DNA of 52,463 bases from Halocafeteria seosinensis (GCA_001687465.1 LVLI01000309.1:1-52463), one strand, 5' to 3'; positions 36,824 to 49,306 are shown, numbered from the stretch's first letter. Numbers and translations are program-made. The notes: generated by a model from the sequence alone, not told the origin.

Positions 36824-38646
36824 ATGGAGCCGGAAGACATTGAGAAACTATTCAAAGAGTTTGATGACGATAAAGGTGAGTATAGTCGAACCGGCTCTGC
36901 TGACTTAAAGCATGCCATGGAGCGCTTTGTTGGATGGTGCAGATGGCTATATTGACCGCAAACAGTTTCGGCGTGCGATGCATGAGCTGCGGGTGCCATA
37001 CAGTGACAAGAGCGTGGATAAATTCTTGGAGAGTGTGGGACTGGATCCAACCAAAGAAAATAAATTTACTCTATCACAGTTTTACAGCTTCGTTGTTTCG
37101 CAACAGGACGCTCTGAGGAGGTCCTTTCATGAGCTGGATATTACGCGGGATGGTGCCTTGGGAGAAAAGGACATTAAAACAATGTGCAAGAAGCTAAACA
37201 TTGACCTGACAGAGGAACAAATACGACACATGATTTCCATCATAGACGCCGATGGAAGCGGAGCAGTGGTAAGTAGCCTACCTTTATGCCAACAACTAAC
37301 TTATTCAAAATCCTGCTGCTACTATTTGCTTTTCAGGAATTCGGAGAGTTTGCCAATACCTTCTTTGGTATTGGTGATTTGGATCCGGAGGACATATTCG
37401 ACGAATGGTTAACTCACTCCAATCTTGAACTGGGTGACTATGCCGGTGCTATGGAGCTACCGGATGCCTCGAATCAGTCATCAGCCATCCTCTTGATAAG
37501 CGGGGCAATAGCGGGTGCAGTTAGTAGAACACTCACAGCCCCTATGGATCGGTAGGTGCAGGCGACATTTCTACCTAGCGTCGTTACACGAGTCACTATT
37601 TGCAACTTTTTGCAGACTGAGAACCTTAATGCAAGCTCAGGTACAGTCTCCCAGACTTTCGCCGAAGTATAACACTCCTCAATATGTTGCCATTCTGCCG
37701 AGCATCAAGAAGATATATATGGATTCCGGTATCAAGGGATTTTGGAGGGGAAACGGAGCTAATGTGATTAAAATTGCCCCAGAGGTAAGGGAATTGTTGA
37801 CTTAAGGACGTTGCTCCTGATCCGGTTTCTACATTTATGCGCTTTCTCAAGCAGACTGGGATTCGTTTCTGGACATACGAAAATTCGAAAGCATTGTTCT
37901 GTGCCGATCTGGAACATATAACCATGGCAGAACGTTTCGTGGCAGGGTCATTTGCCGGTGCAACTGCACAATTATTTATCTACCCTTTGGAAATTGCAAA
38001 AACAAGAATCGCCTTATCTAGTTATCAAGAATACTCGGGTATCTTCCATTGTTTAATTTCTTGCGTTCAACGCGAAGGCTGGAGAAGTGTCTACAAAGGC
38101 TTAAATGCGAGTTTATTGGGGATCGTTCCGTATGCTGGAGTGGATCTCACAGTGTTCAATACTTTAAAAGACTGGTATGAGACAAAGTACCAGGGCAAAA
38201 AACCAGGTGTTGGCACCTTATTAGGCTGTGGTGCCGTTGCGACAACATGCGGACAGTTGGTAACATACCCTATACAGCTGGTGCGAACACGACTCCAGGT
38301 ATGATTTGTTGCTTTAGCACCTGTTGGCTGCATCAACTAGCATATAATGTATGACATTTGTCTGTATTGCAGGCGCAAGGAATGAAAGGAAGGGACAAAG
38401 TGATATATAAAGGCATTTTCGATTGTCTAAGTCAAACTGCACGGCACGAAGGTACGTACGCAGCTGCAGCGTTTCCAGTACCGCGGGTAAAACAGCATCT
38501 TACCTCCCTGAAATACAGGCATCCGTGGACTATACAAAGGATTACTGCCGAACTTTATGAAAACACTTCCCGCTATTAGCATAAGCTATGCCGTTTATGA
38601 GACTACAAAACGAATGCTCACGGAGAGTGACTTGAACAAGAAGTGA
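36824..38646 (+). CDS. Calcium-binding mitochondrial ATP-Mg/Pi carrier (SCaMC/SLC25A23-25-like)
   Basis: N-terminal EF-hands ([28 protein letters not shown]) followed by carrier repeats [40 protein letters not shown] and [12 protein letters not shown]. Confidence 0.92.
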
Positions 38647-38883
38647 TAACCCTTAAGCATGGAATTAGCAGCTAGCAACGAAGGGCGGATGTCCTTGTTT
38701 CGTTTGCCTAATCTCCAAATTCTGGTGTTAAGGAAGTATACAGAACATCGATTCGTGATCCTCGTAGCAAGAAGCAGGAGTCTACTGTCGAGAGGAGCTA
38801 CACACAATGGGCAATGGGTAACAGTGTATTTCCCGAGAGCACAATAAGACTGGAAGAATTTACAGTATGGACGAAGGTCGAAA

Positions 38884-40419
38884 CTAGCTAAATGGTGCAG
38901 ACTGCTCAATATCTTCTGTAGTATCGGGTGCTTCGCTAGACCTGCTGTCTTCTTGAGACTGATGATTGATTCTCTCGGCCCCTGCTTTGAGTCGAGATAT
39001 CTCAAGCTCCAGGACAGCCCGCTGTTGGTGATCTAAAGTGCCGTGTGAAAAGGTGCAATTATCTCCTTGCTTGCATGTGCCCCCTCCCGAAGCATCTGGG
39101 TCGGAATTGCCTATTGCTGCGGCGTGAAAAAAGCGGCACGGATGTGAGGATAGATCGTGATTGAAGAGGCATTGGTCTCCTTTAAGGCAGTTCCCCAGCA
39201 GGTGGTAGCGACAGATGTCACTTGTAGCCGCGATGTTCACAGTAGTATTCGTACCAATTACAACTTCCTGGGTATGGCTGTTGCCAGAAGAAGAAGGCGT
39301 GCCATTGCTTGTGTTCTCTTGACTCTTGTTCTTGCCAGGGGATGTTGCCTGCTCATGCTTCTGTCGTGCCCGATACAATTGTGACTTTATCTCTTTAGAG
39401 CTTTGCTTGCTGGGATTGTTCAGCGATTTGTAAAGCTGACTCTGGAGATTTTGAGATCTTCGCGAGTCCTCTTTGGCATTCACACCTGATGATATAGAAG
39501 CCAACTGCTCTGCACCAGACGACATCCACCTGTTTTTTACCGCGGGTGTCTGGGCTGCTGAGACCGCTGTATGAGAATCAGTAGCTTCATTCTGCAATTG
39601 TACCATGGACTGGGGACAATGAACAATACAACACCAGTCAATTCATCTAAGTTCCCATACCTGCGTCGGAGTGTTTTCACGGCTAGTGCTATCCGGAGTT
39701 TTCTTCTCTGCCTTGTGGAAACTAAGGATCTCTTTGCTTTTCGCCCTTTCTTTCTGACGGATTCTTCGTTCGGCGGCCACATCTTTTGGCGATCTCCTCA
39801 TCATAATTTTATCTGGATGTTTCGTTGCGCTTGACTTTGCTTGCTCTTGTCCAGGCTGCGCTTCGCCCCTCACAATCTGATTCTGACTCGGATCAAAGAA
39901 AGAAAGCAGCTTTGTGATGGTATCGCGACTCAAACTCCTCTCATATTCTTGGACGGGATTGAGAGCACCGGAGTCTTCTTTGGTGGAGTCTTGGCTGTCC
40001 TTAGCTTTTGGAAGGGGAGGAACCTGGAATGGTGGTGTACCCAATAAGACGCATTCTATGAGAGAAAAGAAGCAACCACTGGTTCCAAGAGTACTTACCG
40101 AGTTTATCGCCTGCGGGAGGTCGTCGATGTCAGGTACACGGAAGCGTTTCAGCCCAGCACTCTGGTTGTTATTCGACTTCCTTCGCTTCCCCTGCATGGA
40201 AGTCTTCTTGCCTTGGCCGTCGCTTCCTCTAGACTGCGCAGACAATGGTCGCTTATTGTTCTCAGCGGGCCTCGTTGGACTCTGCACTAAACTAGTCCTT
40301 GCACTGGCGGTGCATGTCGATGGCGTGGAAGAAGCACTAGTCATACTTCCAGTTGCCGAGGGCGCTTCCCCATTCGAAACATGACTATCCGACACCGACA
40401 CTGTTGCTCCCGTCGTCAT
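38884..40419 (-). CDS. Tandem CCCH zinc-finger protein (ZC3H4/6/8-like fingers) with a low-complexity N-terminus
   Basis: CRYHLLGNCLKGDQCLFNH followed by PCRFFH...CKQGDNCTFSH. ORFs 39643-40419 and 38884-39606 are linked by introns. Confidence 0.75.
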
Positions 40420-40605
40420 TATGTGTGTTATTGTTGCTGGATCCCGTCCTGTAAATTACCACGCATCAATCAACAATTCGACACATCTGGTCCGTAGTGA
40501 ATGAACCAAACAAATCGAAAGACATGCATAGTATAGAATTCCCACATGATAGAAATTGATTTATTGTATTCTGATTCGTCCCGTTGACGTAATAAGTGTT
40601 ATACG

Positions 40606-41058
40606 ATGGCAGGGATAGCCAATCGTGTAGGGGGTGTGTTTATAGCTGGGATAGCTTCCTATGCTGCATACCACACATTACACACCAAAATATGGGACCG
40701 AGCGATGGCGGTGGACCATCGAATTCAGGCCATACGGGACGAGATCCCTTCGGCGTCCTCTTATACAGAACAGGCTGTACGTGTCACTGTTGTCATATCT
40801 GTGTGTAACAGGTTAAGATGTCTATGATGTGTTGGTGGTGTGCTGCTGCAGCATCCTACGAGACCGACGACCCTGTGGGAACGATTTGTGCGGGATGACT
40901 CTTTTAGGCGATTAAAGAAACGAGCAAAGGCTACTTGGAATAACGGTGTATGGGGTGTGCAAAATTTCGTCTCAGAGAAAGTGTTCCATGAAAGCGAACA
41001 GACCAAGACCGCCAAGAAATCTGAAGCCGAACAACCATCAGGTGCAACACAAAAGTGA
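40606..41058 (+). CDS. Small single-TM protein resembling MICOS subunit Mic12/QIL1 (Mic13)
   Basis: N-terminal TM with Gly motif (RVGGVFIAGIASYAAY) and C-terminal KATWNNGVWGV, like the Mic12/QIL1 'WN' motif. One intron. Confidence 0.55.
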
Positions 41059-41918
41059 AGAAAGTTGCATGGAATGGGAGCAATGAAGCATGGACGGACA
41101 TAGAAACTATCCATCTGGTATTAAGTAGCTGCATAGAGGGTCATTGCCTCTTTGACACTAAAACAGGAGGAGGGTATATCACACCGTGTATGCCTTACTC
41201 CTCCCGGGCCCCGGAAGCCTTGGGGAAGGGGTTGCGTATATATTGGATAGGTTATTTCTATATTTCCGATGTATACGATGTCGTAAACACATCAGTTATC
41301 CTTAGCAGACAAATGTAACCAATTAGAGGTGGTAATATAGTACATTGTACCAGAACTTCACGAGACCATAACTTCCTCCGCCTTCATAACCGGGATTGCA
41401 TGCAATGACCTCTTAGCGCATCTCGTTCACGTGCGACATTTGTCCAATTTGACACGCATGGAATTGGACTTTGAATAGAGTGTGTAGAGTGTTTCGGCAT
41501 TGGTCTCATGGTCAGAGATGGAGTTTGTGTTCGCACTGCCTTTACAGGTGGAGAGTAATATCATTCATGCAAAAGGATGCGATGGTCAACATGTGACAAT
41601 ACACAAACGGAGAGAAGCACTGCTCTAAAACAGCTCTTAGAAGCTGCGAGAAACCTAAGAGCAGCTAGACTTCGTTGTGAAGCTCGAGTGAAATGACGAG
41701 CTTCTAGCCGAACCCCTTCTAGAACACTTGATAGTGCACTGGGCAGAGCACACTTCTTTGAAAACTGGTGCATTGATAGCTAACCGCATAGGAGTAGCAG
41801 TCAATCCTTTGTTCTGTACTGATTTAGGGTCAGCCACGAAGAAGGATAGCGTCCATATCCCTGTATTATTTTTCTTCTGTGACGAGGATACGTCACCCTA
41901 ATACGAAAAGTAACAAGA

Positions 41919-44033
41919 ATGTCATCCGCCTACGCTTCCCCCGAGGAGGTGGTCCCCAGAAAGGGGGTCCCTACGGCGACGACGCTCTCCGTTGACATGT
42001 CCGAGCAGGACAGAAAATGGAGAGATTTACCGTGGGCCATTGCGTTCTATATCCACGCCCTTGTCGTCATCATCTTGGCGTTCGCGGTTGGAATTCCAGA
42101 GATCTCAGGTGAGTGAGTTGGGGGTCTCGATTTTCCATTCCTGCAGATCGCTCGAACTTGGGAGGGTATTAGAGTATCAAACGTCGACTATCTGACTGCA
42201 GACGATGAAAACAAGAAGGATAGTTCGGGTACGACCACCAACACTTCCGGCCCCAACATCAACGGTGGTGCAGCCATTGGAGTGCTCTCTGCTGTTGCCT
42301 TCATATCGTTGTTTGTCTCTTTCGGCTGGATCTATTTGTTGATGAACAAAGCCAAGGTGATGATACAAACTCTAGTGGTTGCAAACATTGTGGTCATGCT
42401 TCTCGGGTTCGTCATTGTGGGTGCCGCGACTGGTCAGTGGGTCTTTGCGATTATCGGCTTTGGCATACCAGGTAAGCGCCCCTAATGGCGTAATAGCTCG
42501 CGAGTTCTGTATGGCGGATATTATATGCTGTTTACTGGCCGCGACGACAACTTACATCCAGGGGCTATAATGCTGTGCTGGTACTTTTTCGTGCGCAATC
42601 GGATACCGTTCGCTGCTGCAACGCTGGAAGTCAGCTGCATGGCAGTACTGAGATACAAGTGCAGCTTCGGCTTCGCATTTGCCAGTCTTGGTGTGGTACG
42701 TTTCGGATCCGCTTCCACTGGAGTAACCTGTTTGTTGCACACTACCACTTTGTTCTTCAGGAACTGGTATGGGTGATACTGTGGGCACTGGCTACTATAG
42801 GCGTTGGTGAAGCTGTCAATAGCTTTGCAATAACTATAATTTTGCTAATTTCTTTCTACTGGACGAGCACCGTCATAAAGAACGTTGTCCACACTACAGT
42901 GTCAGGTAAAGAATTACGCTGCGTTCATACAACCCGCGTTGGTGTTGCACTATCTTTGTTGCTATTATTGTGATGTCACCCAGGGACTGTGGGAACATGG
43001 TGGACTCAAAGAGGTACGTCGCGTAGAAATAAAGTTTACAGATGGGCTGAATGACAACTTTGTCCACAACAGATCCCGATGATCCCACATGGAATGCTTT
43101 CAAGCGAGCTTCTACCAAGAGTTTTGGCTCTATCTCCTTGATCTCCCTCCTTATAGCCATTGTTAAGACGATGCATTACCTGGCATCTCAGGCACAAAGA
43201 GAGGCAGAAGGTCCCATGGCTTTTGTATGGTGCATTGTCAGATGTATTGTACATTGTCTATTAGTAAGTCTGAAGGTATTTTGATCTCCGCTGGGGAAGA
43301 ATTGACGTATTGTCGTTTTGCCTGAACAGAGGCTTCTTGAGTACTTCTCCGACTATGCGCTAGTCCACGTAGCCCTTTACGGTAAAGCACTCGTCCCTGC
43401 CGCAAAGGACACCTGGAATATGTTTAAGGTAAGGGTTGTAATTGGATGAAAGACTCCGCAAGTCTAGTCATCCATTTTGTATGCAGGAGCGAGGGTGGGA
43501 CGCAATCATTAATGATTCTCTGTACGTACTTAGATGTACCCCTTGCCGGCGTGTCGCTATTATATATTTTCAACAAGCCGTGCAGCATCGGGATGACTTT
43601 AAGTTTCTCCGCTTTTATTGTTGGTATTATTTCTGTTGCCATCGGTCTGGCCCTCGGGTTTGCAGTCAAGGATGAGAGTGTAGATGAGACTGTGTTCATG
43701 GTCCTTGTTGGGTTCCTATCCTTCTTCATTGGATTTGGAATGTGCATAGTAATGGCAGGGGTCATTGACTCGGCCGTGAAAACAGTTTTCGTTTGCTTTG
43801 GAGACGCCCCAGAGGCTCTGAGAAACTCCCACGAGGATGCATTTAAGATCCTTTTCCCCGCATGGGAACAACAATTTCCGCAGGTAAGAAAATGTGTATG
43901 TAGCCAGACCGGGCAATGCCACATCTATCGCGTTTATTGCTTAATACCACAGGAGATGGAGCAAAGTGGTTATTCTGAGAAGTACCAGAACTACAGCTAC
44001 AACGCATATACTCCGGCTACGTCAGCCACTTAG
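41919..44033 (+). CDS. Choline transporter-like protein (CTL/SLC44, Pns1-like), many exons
   Basis: KWRDLPWAIAF, RNRIPFAAATL, ISFYWTSTVIKNVVHTTVSG, RASTKSFGSI, YALVHVALYGK, GWDAIINDS and DSAVKTVFVCFGDAPEAL. Confidence 0.9.
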
Positions 44034-44141
44034 ATGCAAGCTCCGCATGAGTCTCCATCATTTCTCAAAGTAATTTGAGCGCGTGTTCTTAGTGAATACA
44101 CATGAGATTGAAATACATATAAAGGATACCATTTCAAAGAC

Positions 44142-45716
44142 CTAGACGTGTCCTTGCCTCCCGATGTACGCAAGATCGTTCTGGAGGCTTGTCATATTCC
44201 AGTCCTCCAAAAAACGCTGAATCGCATTACTTACTGCGTCGGATTCATGGACGATGTTGGTTTTGATTATCTGCGCGGTATGAGTGAGGCTGTGCATGCG
44301 TGCGTGTGTCCGAGTGTTCACGGTCCCTACTTACCGCCCTTTGCTGCGAAGAGATTTCTCCTTTCTGATATAGAAATGCAACCACGCGAAGACAAAGTGC
44401 TACATTATTTATGTCAAAACATCTAGGCGCCATAGTTTGAGAAGGGGGTCGAACCGATGTATCGACACGTAGCTCGCCGTCCTCTGGTGTGGTGGTCACC
44501 GGTAGCCCGAGTTGGTCGCCAGGTACGATGTGACGTGAACTGCCGTTAATTTTCTCTGCTGACTTCGCCGCAAAATGTCGAATACCAGCGTCATTGTGTC
44601 TTGATAGCTGGAGGCTCCTGTTGTGGAGATCGTAAAGTCGAAAATTTGGAGTGTCGTTTTCCGCGGTGCTAGACTTCCGCGTGGAATCGACGGAGCTCTT
44701 GAAAAGTTCCATTACCATCTTCTTCTTCCTAGCGGACTTCTTTGCTTTATGGTGTTCGCGACCTTGCTTTTGTATATCATCATGCGTGCTTTCCTCATTA
44801 GCTGCAATCTTACGTCTTCTTGAAGAGTCGTCCGTGGAGCGAGAGCGAATACGCGAAGGGGTGGGGCTCATGGGACGCTTTCTCCTGTTTTTAGTAGGGT
44901 ACCCAGTGCTGTCTTCTATCGAATCTTCACGTTCATGACCATCAGACGTGTCACCCTCCTGGTTGCCGTCATTGGTGGAAAATGAAAACAGAAATGGCTC
45001 AGTTGTTGATCGTGGCTGTGGCATCACATCCTTAAAGACGTCAGATGCAGACTCAGAGATGTGAAACTGAGTCTGTAATTCTCCTTCGCGTTGCTGACTT
45101 GCGTGCCCGCTTCTTTGGCTCAATTTCTTCATGGGGTGCCGGTTTTGTTTATTCTTCGACGCTAAGACGTTCTGCACCTTCCCTTCTTCTAGAAGTCTTA
45201 GGAAGCCTCTCCAATGGATGGACTTTTCGAAGGGAGATCGTAATGCATGAGCCAACACGAAGAATTCATGTTCATCGAAGTCAATGTTGAATAGGCCCAG
45301 TGCTTGTCGAAACTTGTCGAAGTTCACATATCCTGTATTTTGTTGGTCAAGCATCTGCGGTGCTTCGGACAATTAAGTATTATGCTTTCACTAGCCACAA
45401 CAAGAAAGTCTATATTTTATCTTACCCGAAATATGGACTCCAGGTCGTTTTCCCCGACACCCTGTGTAGCTAACTTCAGCTTAAGATTTCCGGCTAACTC
45501 GTAAGGATCTATCCGCTGTGTCTGAAGCGATCGCTGGTGGGGCGCTGTTCGCTTGGGGAGGGAAGAGGCAGCTTCATCCACCAGAGCCAGCTTATCTACG
45601 AGTTCTGACAGGTCTTGTGCTCTTGTCCGTTTTTTCTTAATGTTCGATTGTACTGGGTGTGGAACATGTCGGTGGCGATGATGTCCATGCTGGTGTGAAG
45701 TCGACGAGGCCGGCAT
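44142..45716 (-). CDS. EF-hand protein with a low-complexity middle and a C-terminal helical domain
   Basis: LESIFR|MLDQQNTGYVNFDKFRQAL EF-hand; last exon IIKTNIVHESDAVSNAIQRFLEDWNMTSLQNDLAYIGRQGHV*. Start could be 45728. Confidence 0.7.
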
Positions 45717-45813
45717 TGTGGTCCTCATGATCGGCAGTGCGGCTAATATGCTCGGTTTCAAGACAACATCAATCAAATTGGGAACTGTCACATTATGCAA
45801 ACATGGCAGAAAC

Positions 45814-45822
45814 AAAAAAAAA
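45814..45822 (-). terminator. Pol III terminator (T9) of the SRP RNA gene
   Basis: Nine consecutive T on the minus strand directly after the SRP 3' helix. Confidence 0.8.
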
Positions 45823-46097
45823 CATAGAGTCAGCCACCCCCGCAAATTGGCCGAAGCACTCGCGGTCCCTTCACTAACGAAAGCCCCGGCTTTAAGGCTG
45901 TTCCGTTGCCGGCCTAGACCCGGTTCACCGGTGTTTAACAACACGGGACACCCCAGCCTCCGCCGGTTTGCCCCTGTTGACTCCCGTTTTGAAGTGGACG
46001 AGTGGGCCTGTTGGACCCGAAAGCCCAACCATGGATGCAGGGAGGCTTTCCCTTTGCCCGTGCCCCGCTCGGTTACAGGGGGCGCGACTCCCCCGGC
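45818..46097 (-). ncRNA. Signal recognition particle RNA (7SL)
   Basis: Alu domain GCC-GGGGG-agucgcg-CCCCC-UGUAA-CC-gagcg-GG-GGC with loop-loop complementarity. Helix 6 ccggc-GGAG-gcugg. Conserved GGUGAACCGG. Helix 8 UAGG-CCG-GCAA-CGG-AACAG (SRP54 site). Long-range pairing GCCUCCCUGCA/UGCGGGGGUGGC. Ends in poly-U. Confidence 0.93.
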
Positions 46098-46107
46098 CAG
46101 CATTGTA

Positions 46108-46193
46108 CACAGCTCGGAGGCGAACCCACGCCTTCCGAACTTTGGAAAACCATGTTGCAAGAGCCTCGCCGCCATGGTTGCCAGTCAGCTGTG
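46108..46193 (-). ncRNA. Unidentified structured RNA module or leader immediately 5' of the SRP RNA
   Basis: Closing stem CACAGCU/AGCUGUG; hairpin containing AACCAUG/CAUGGUU; hairpin CGGA-A-GGCG/CGCC-UCCG; A-box-like TGGCAACCATGG and B-box-like GGTTCGCCTCC. Confidence 0.5.
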
Positions 46194-46215
46194 GCTTTTG
46201 TGAACCTATTCTACT

Positions 46216-46222
46216 ATTTATA
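46216..46222 (-). promoter_or_regulatory. TATA box upstream of the leader-SRP unit
   Basis: TATAAAT on the minus strand, starting ~27-29 nt upstream of the GCCACAGC that begins the folded module. Confidence 0.55.
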
Positions 46223-46349
46223 AGGAATATTCCGCTGACACCACCTTCAACATTGCGCACCTCTGAACAAATTATGGAGGCTTCCTCGCCATTGTTTGGC
46301 ACCTCATTCCAACGCACGCGTTGGGTTGCTACAAAACAGTCAGTGGACA

Positions 46350-46826
46350 ATGTCCTTGTTAGGAGGAAGAGACTTGTATGAGGTGCTGGGGCTATCGCAC
46401 AACGCGACTCAGGATGACATCAAACAGGCATACAAAGTCCTTGCACGGAAGCATCATCCAGATAAGCAACGAGCACATACTTCTACTATGCAACATAGAG
46501 AAGATACTGATACCAATGGTGGCATTCATGCAGTGTTTCAAGACGTTCTAGAAGCGTATGAAACCCTAAAAGACGAGGAGAGACGTGAGGAGTATGACCG
46601 ACGTCGAGCCATGCTATGGAGCAAGGACCTGCATTACAGCTGTGAAATAAATCTGGCAGACATGAAATACATGGATGATGTGGAAATGTACACCGCTCCG
46701 TGTCGATGTGGAGGAGAATATGAAGTTGAGGAAGAGGAAGTGGAAAAGAACTGTAACATTGTTCCATGCAGCAGCTGCTCCTTGCGGGCTCGTATCAACA
46801 CTGCATACAGTAGCTCAGAATCTTGA
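46350..46826 (+). CDS. DPH4: Diphthamide biosynthesis J-protein (J domain + CSL zinc finger), intronless
   Basis: DLYEVLGL...ARKHHPDK...AYETLKDEERREEYD, then EINLADM...CRCGG...VPCSSCSL. Confidence 0.9.
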   Translation: MSLLGGRDLYEVLGLSHNATQDDIKQAYKVLARKHHPDKQRAHTSTMQHREDTDTNGGIHAVFQDVLEAYETLKDEERREEYDRRRAMLWSKDLHYSCEINLADMKYMDDVEMYTAPCRCGGEYEVEEEEVEKNCNIVPCSSCSLRARINTAYSSSES

Positions 46827-47942
46827 GAGAACGACTTTGACACGATGTTCTATTTTACGTCAATAAAGTGGCAGAACAATGAGATGGTGCTTGCGCCTAC
46901 GAACTGGCAGTGCTTAGACTGTGTCATTTTGAGGAACACCTAAGAATATCTCCGTGGTTAAACTCAAATTGTCTGTAGGCGAATAGAGTCCATCTATCGT
47001 TTCGCGATGAACGAAGGAAACATGCGACATAACATTCAACCAAATATGATTCTAAAGAAAATTCATTGGTTTAAGCTTAAATGGTCTGAAGGCGAGGGGG
47101 TAGTAAATATCTCGTTAGAGTGAGAGCGAACCGTCTGCCACCGATCAGACGTCCATCAGAGCTGAAAGCGAGCTAACGCAAGTCCTACGGTGTTGTGTTG
47201 GGTCGATTGAGATTCAGTAATAATAAGGAAGGGTGAGGACTCCACTGAGGAGGCTGAAAATTGAGATATTTGTCACCAGGCGGATTACTACCAGTCTGCG
47301 AACCTGTAGCGCGGGTTCATCCGTGGTTTCGGAGAACTGATTTGAGCATCGACACGTTGTGAAGAATCTCTAGCTTGGAAATGCTTTCGGTGGTAAAAGC
47401 GTCGACGTACAATAAAATAGAGCGACACCAGAGGCGACAAGGAGAGGTAGGCATGCTTTCGATTGACCTAGTATATGCAGGGACGTTACAGAGAACATTG
47501 ACATTGTCCAATGGCTAGTAATTAAATATAACACTGCTTCAGTGGTCGAGAGGCAAGTGAGGTGAGATACGTCTGTCCGGGGGATGATACTTGGCATCGC
47601 GCGGTCGTGGAAGCTCAGCAAATATACACATTGAATCTTTTGTACGGTTTGCTGATGACGTCATCCTATCCATAATAGCAATAAGTATTATGTAAAGCTG
47701 GTAGATCATCCACCGTGGATGTAGTCCAAGCATGGTATTAAGCTTCACACGCTGGGGTGCCTAGGCACCGTGCCTTTTAGGAGTCGTCTTTGGAGTGAAC
47801 AACACCAAGCAAATGTTGGCTGGATGATATTGAAGCGTTCCACAGGAGACTCATTTTGTCATAACTGAGTCGTTGTGTGTTTATGCACTCATGCCAATCA
47901 TTGCTCGAACTAATGTATTGACTCCACAGGCAAGTCTATAAA

Positions 47943-48524
47943 ATGGGAAAACGCAAATCAAAGAAACCTGCCCCCAAAGCCAAAGCACCCACAGTCAGCA
48001 AGACATTTCGGTGCCCATTCTGTCGGCATCCAAGTTCCTGTGAGGCACAACTGTAAGTGGAATGGCGTGAGTAAGACAGGATCGAGCACGTCGGCTTTCA
48101 TTGCTTATTCGCAGAAACAAGGAGGCAGAGACAGGAACCATTGGCTGCAGGGTGTGTGGACAGAACTTTCAATGCCGAATTCACTGTAAGTGTGCTGCTA
48201 GGTTACGCGTGTCATTGTATCGGCTTCATTGTTTCGTACCCTGCCGAGCCCTGTATCCCAGCACTATCTGAGCCTATAGACGTATACTGCGAGTGGATAG
48301 ATGCATGTACAAGAGAGCAGGAAGAGGGGGTTGGAGAGGATGGTGATGCAGCAGAGGGCAAAGAAGCGGAAGACGACAACGAGGAAGACGATGAGGATGA
48401 CGATGAGGATGATGACGACAACCACATTCCAAACACTTCTTACCGGCCAGGACAGCCATCTACAGGAGCGGTGTCAAGCGGCGGCGCCAGATATGAAGAT
48501 TTGGACAGTGAGGACGAGTCATGA
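47943..48524 (+). CDS. ELOF1: Transcription elongation factor Elf1/ELOF1 with an acidic tail (3 exons)
   Basis: MGKRKSKKP...FRCPFCRH...|...IGCRVCGQNFQCRI|..LSEPIDVYCEWIDAC. Confidence 0.95.
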
Positions 48525-48734
48525 GGTTTGTAAATTAGAAAGGAGAGGATTGTTAGAATGTTCATTCCTGGGCGAGCTGCAGCGCTCCATCATCTTCCAG
48601 TACTCTATGTGCCGTCAAACTAAAACATGTGTCCTGAACTGCTCTGGCCATCACCATAAAAAATGCAACAATGAACTCTCATAAACCTCTGTAGGGTTCA
48701 CGTACTTTCTATCATTGCTATGCAGGTAAGTTGT

Positions 48735-49306
48735 CTTCAATTGTCAGCTGCTTTGACCAAGGAGGCTATTGCTTGGGTCTATGCAGCTCCGCGGAAAGGT
48801 TCTACCTTTTACCCCAACCGAGTACGCAGAAGCTCTAAGGCTCTTGCTTAGCTTACCCCAGACTGCTGGGCTTAAGGGTCAGGAAGGGATTTACTGCGCG
48901 TGGATGAACTAGCTCATCATGCCCTGAGTTGTGCGGCCGAGGGATCGGCGACTCTGAGAACCAAGCGGCATCATGCGATCTGTAGGATCTTGCAGGGGAG
49001 AGACATCCCGAAGTGGCGAAAGAGCTAAAGTAATATCTGAGATCATGAAACTTGCTACAAGTGACCTCAGATTCCCCCAAGAACTGATCTATTATGTGCA
49101 CATTCTCTCGCATCAGACAAACCGAAATCTTGGCAGTCACCAATTTCCGAAATTTCTTCCGTTCACCTACAAACGCCAACCTCATGACATACAGTTTCGA
49201 CAACCGCTTCAATAACCCCTTTGCACGAGCTCCAAAGCCTGTAGTGGTTTCCACAGCGAAAGGGATGATTTCACGATCATAATCCTTGAGATGGGCGTAC
49301 GCGCCC

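Noticed and set aside
46071..46080. CCCUGUAACC as a telomerase RNA template in a Pol III transcript
   Set aside because: It is the UGUNR motif of the SRP Alu domain; helices 6 and 8 identify the RNA as 7SL.
46108..46193. Upstream module as a tRNA, tRNA-Sec or hammerhead ribozyme
   Set aside because: No compatible acceptor, anticodon or T stems around the A/B-like boxes, and no CUGAnGA/GAAA core.
45417..46381. Several long overlapping ORFs on both strands (45417-46175, 45718-46203, 45925-46350, 45968-46381)
   Set aside because: They are by-products of the GC-rich, stop-poor SRP RNA locus. Only the part of 45417-46175 downstream of ~45728 belongs to the EF-hand gene.
47583..47656. Possible C/D box snoRNA (GATGATA...CTGA)
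   Set aside because: Imperfect C box, no terminal stem and no convincing rRNA antisense element.
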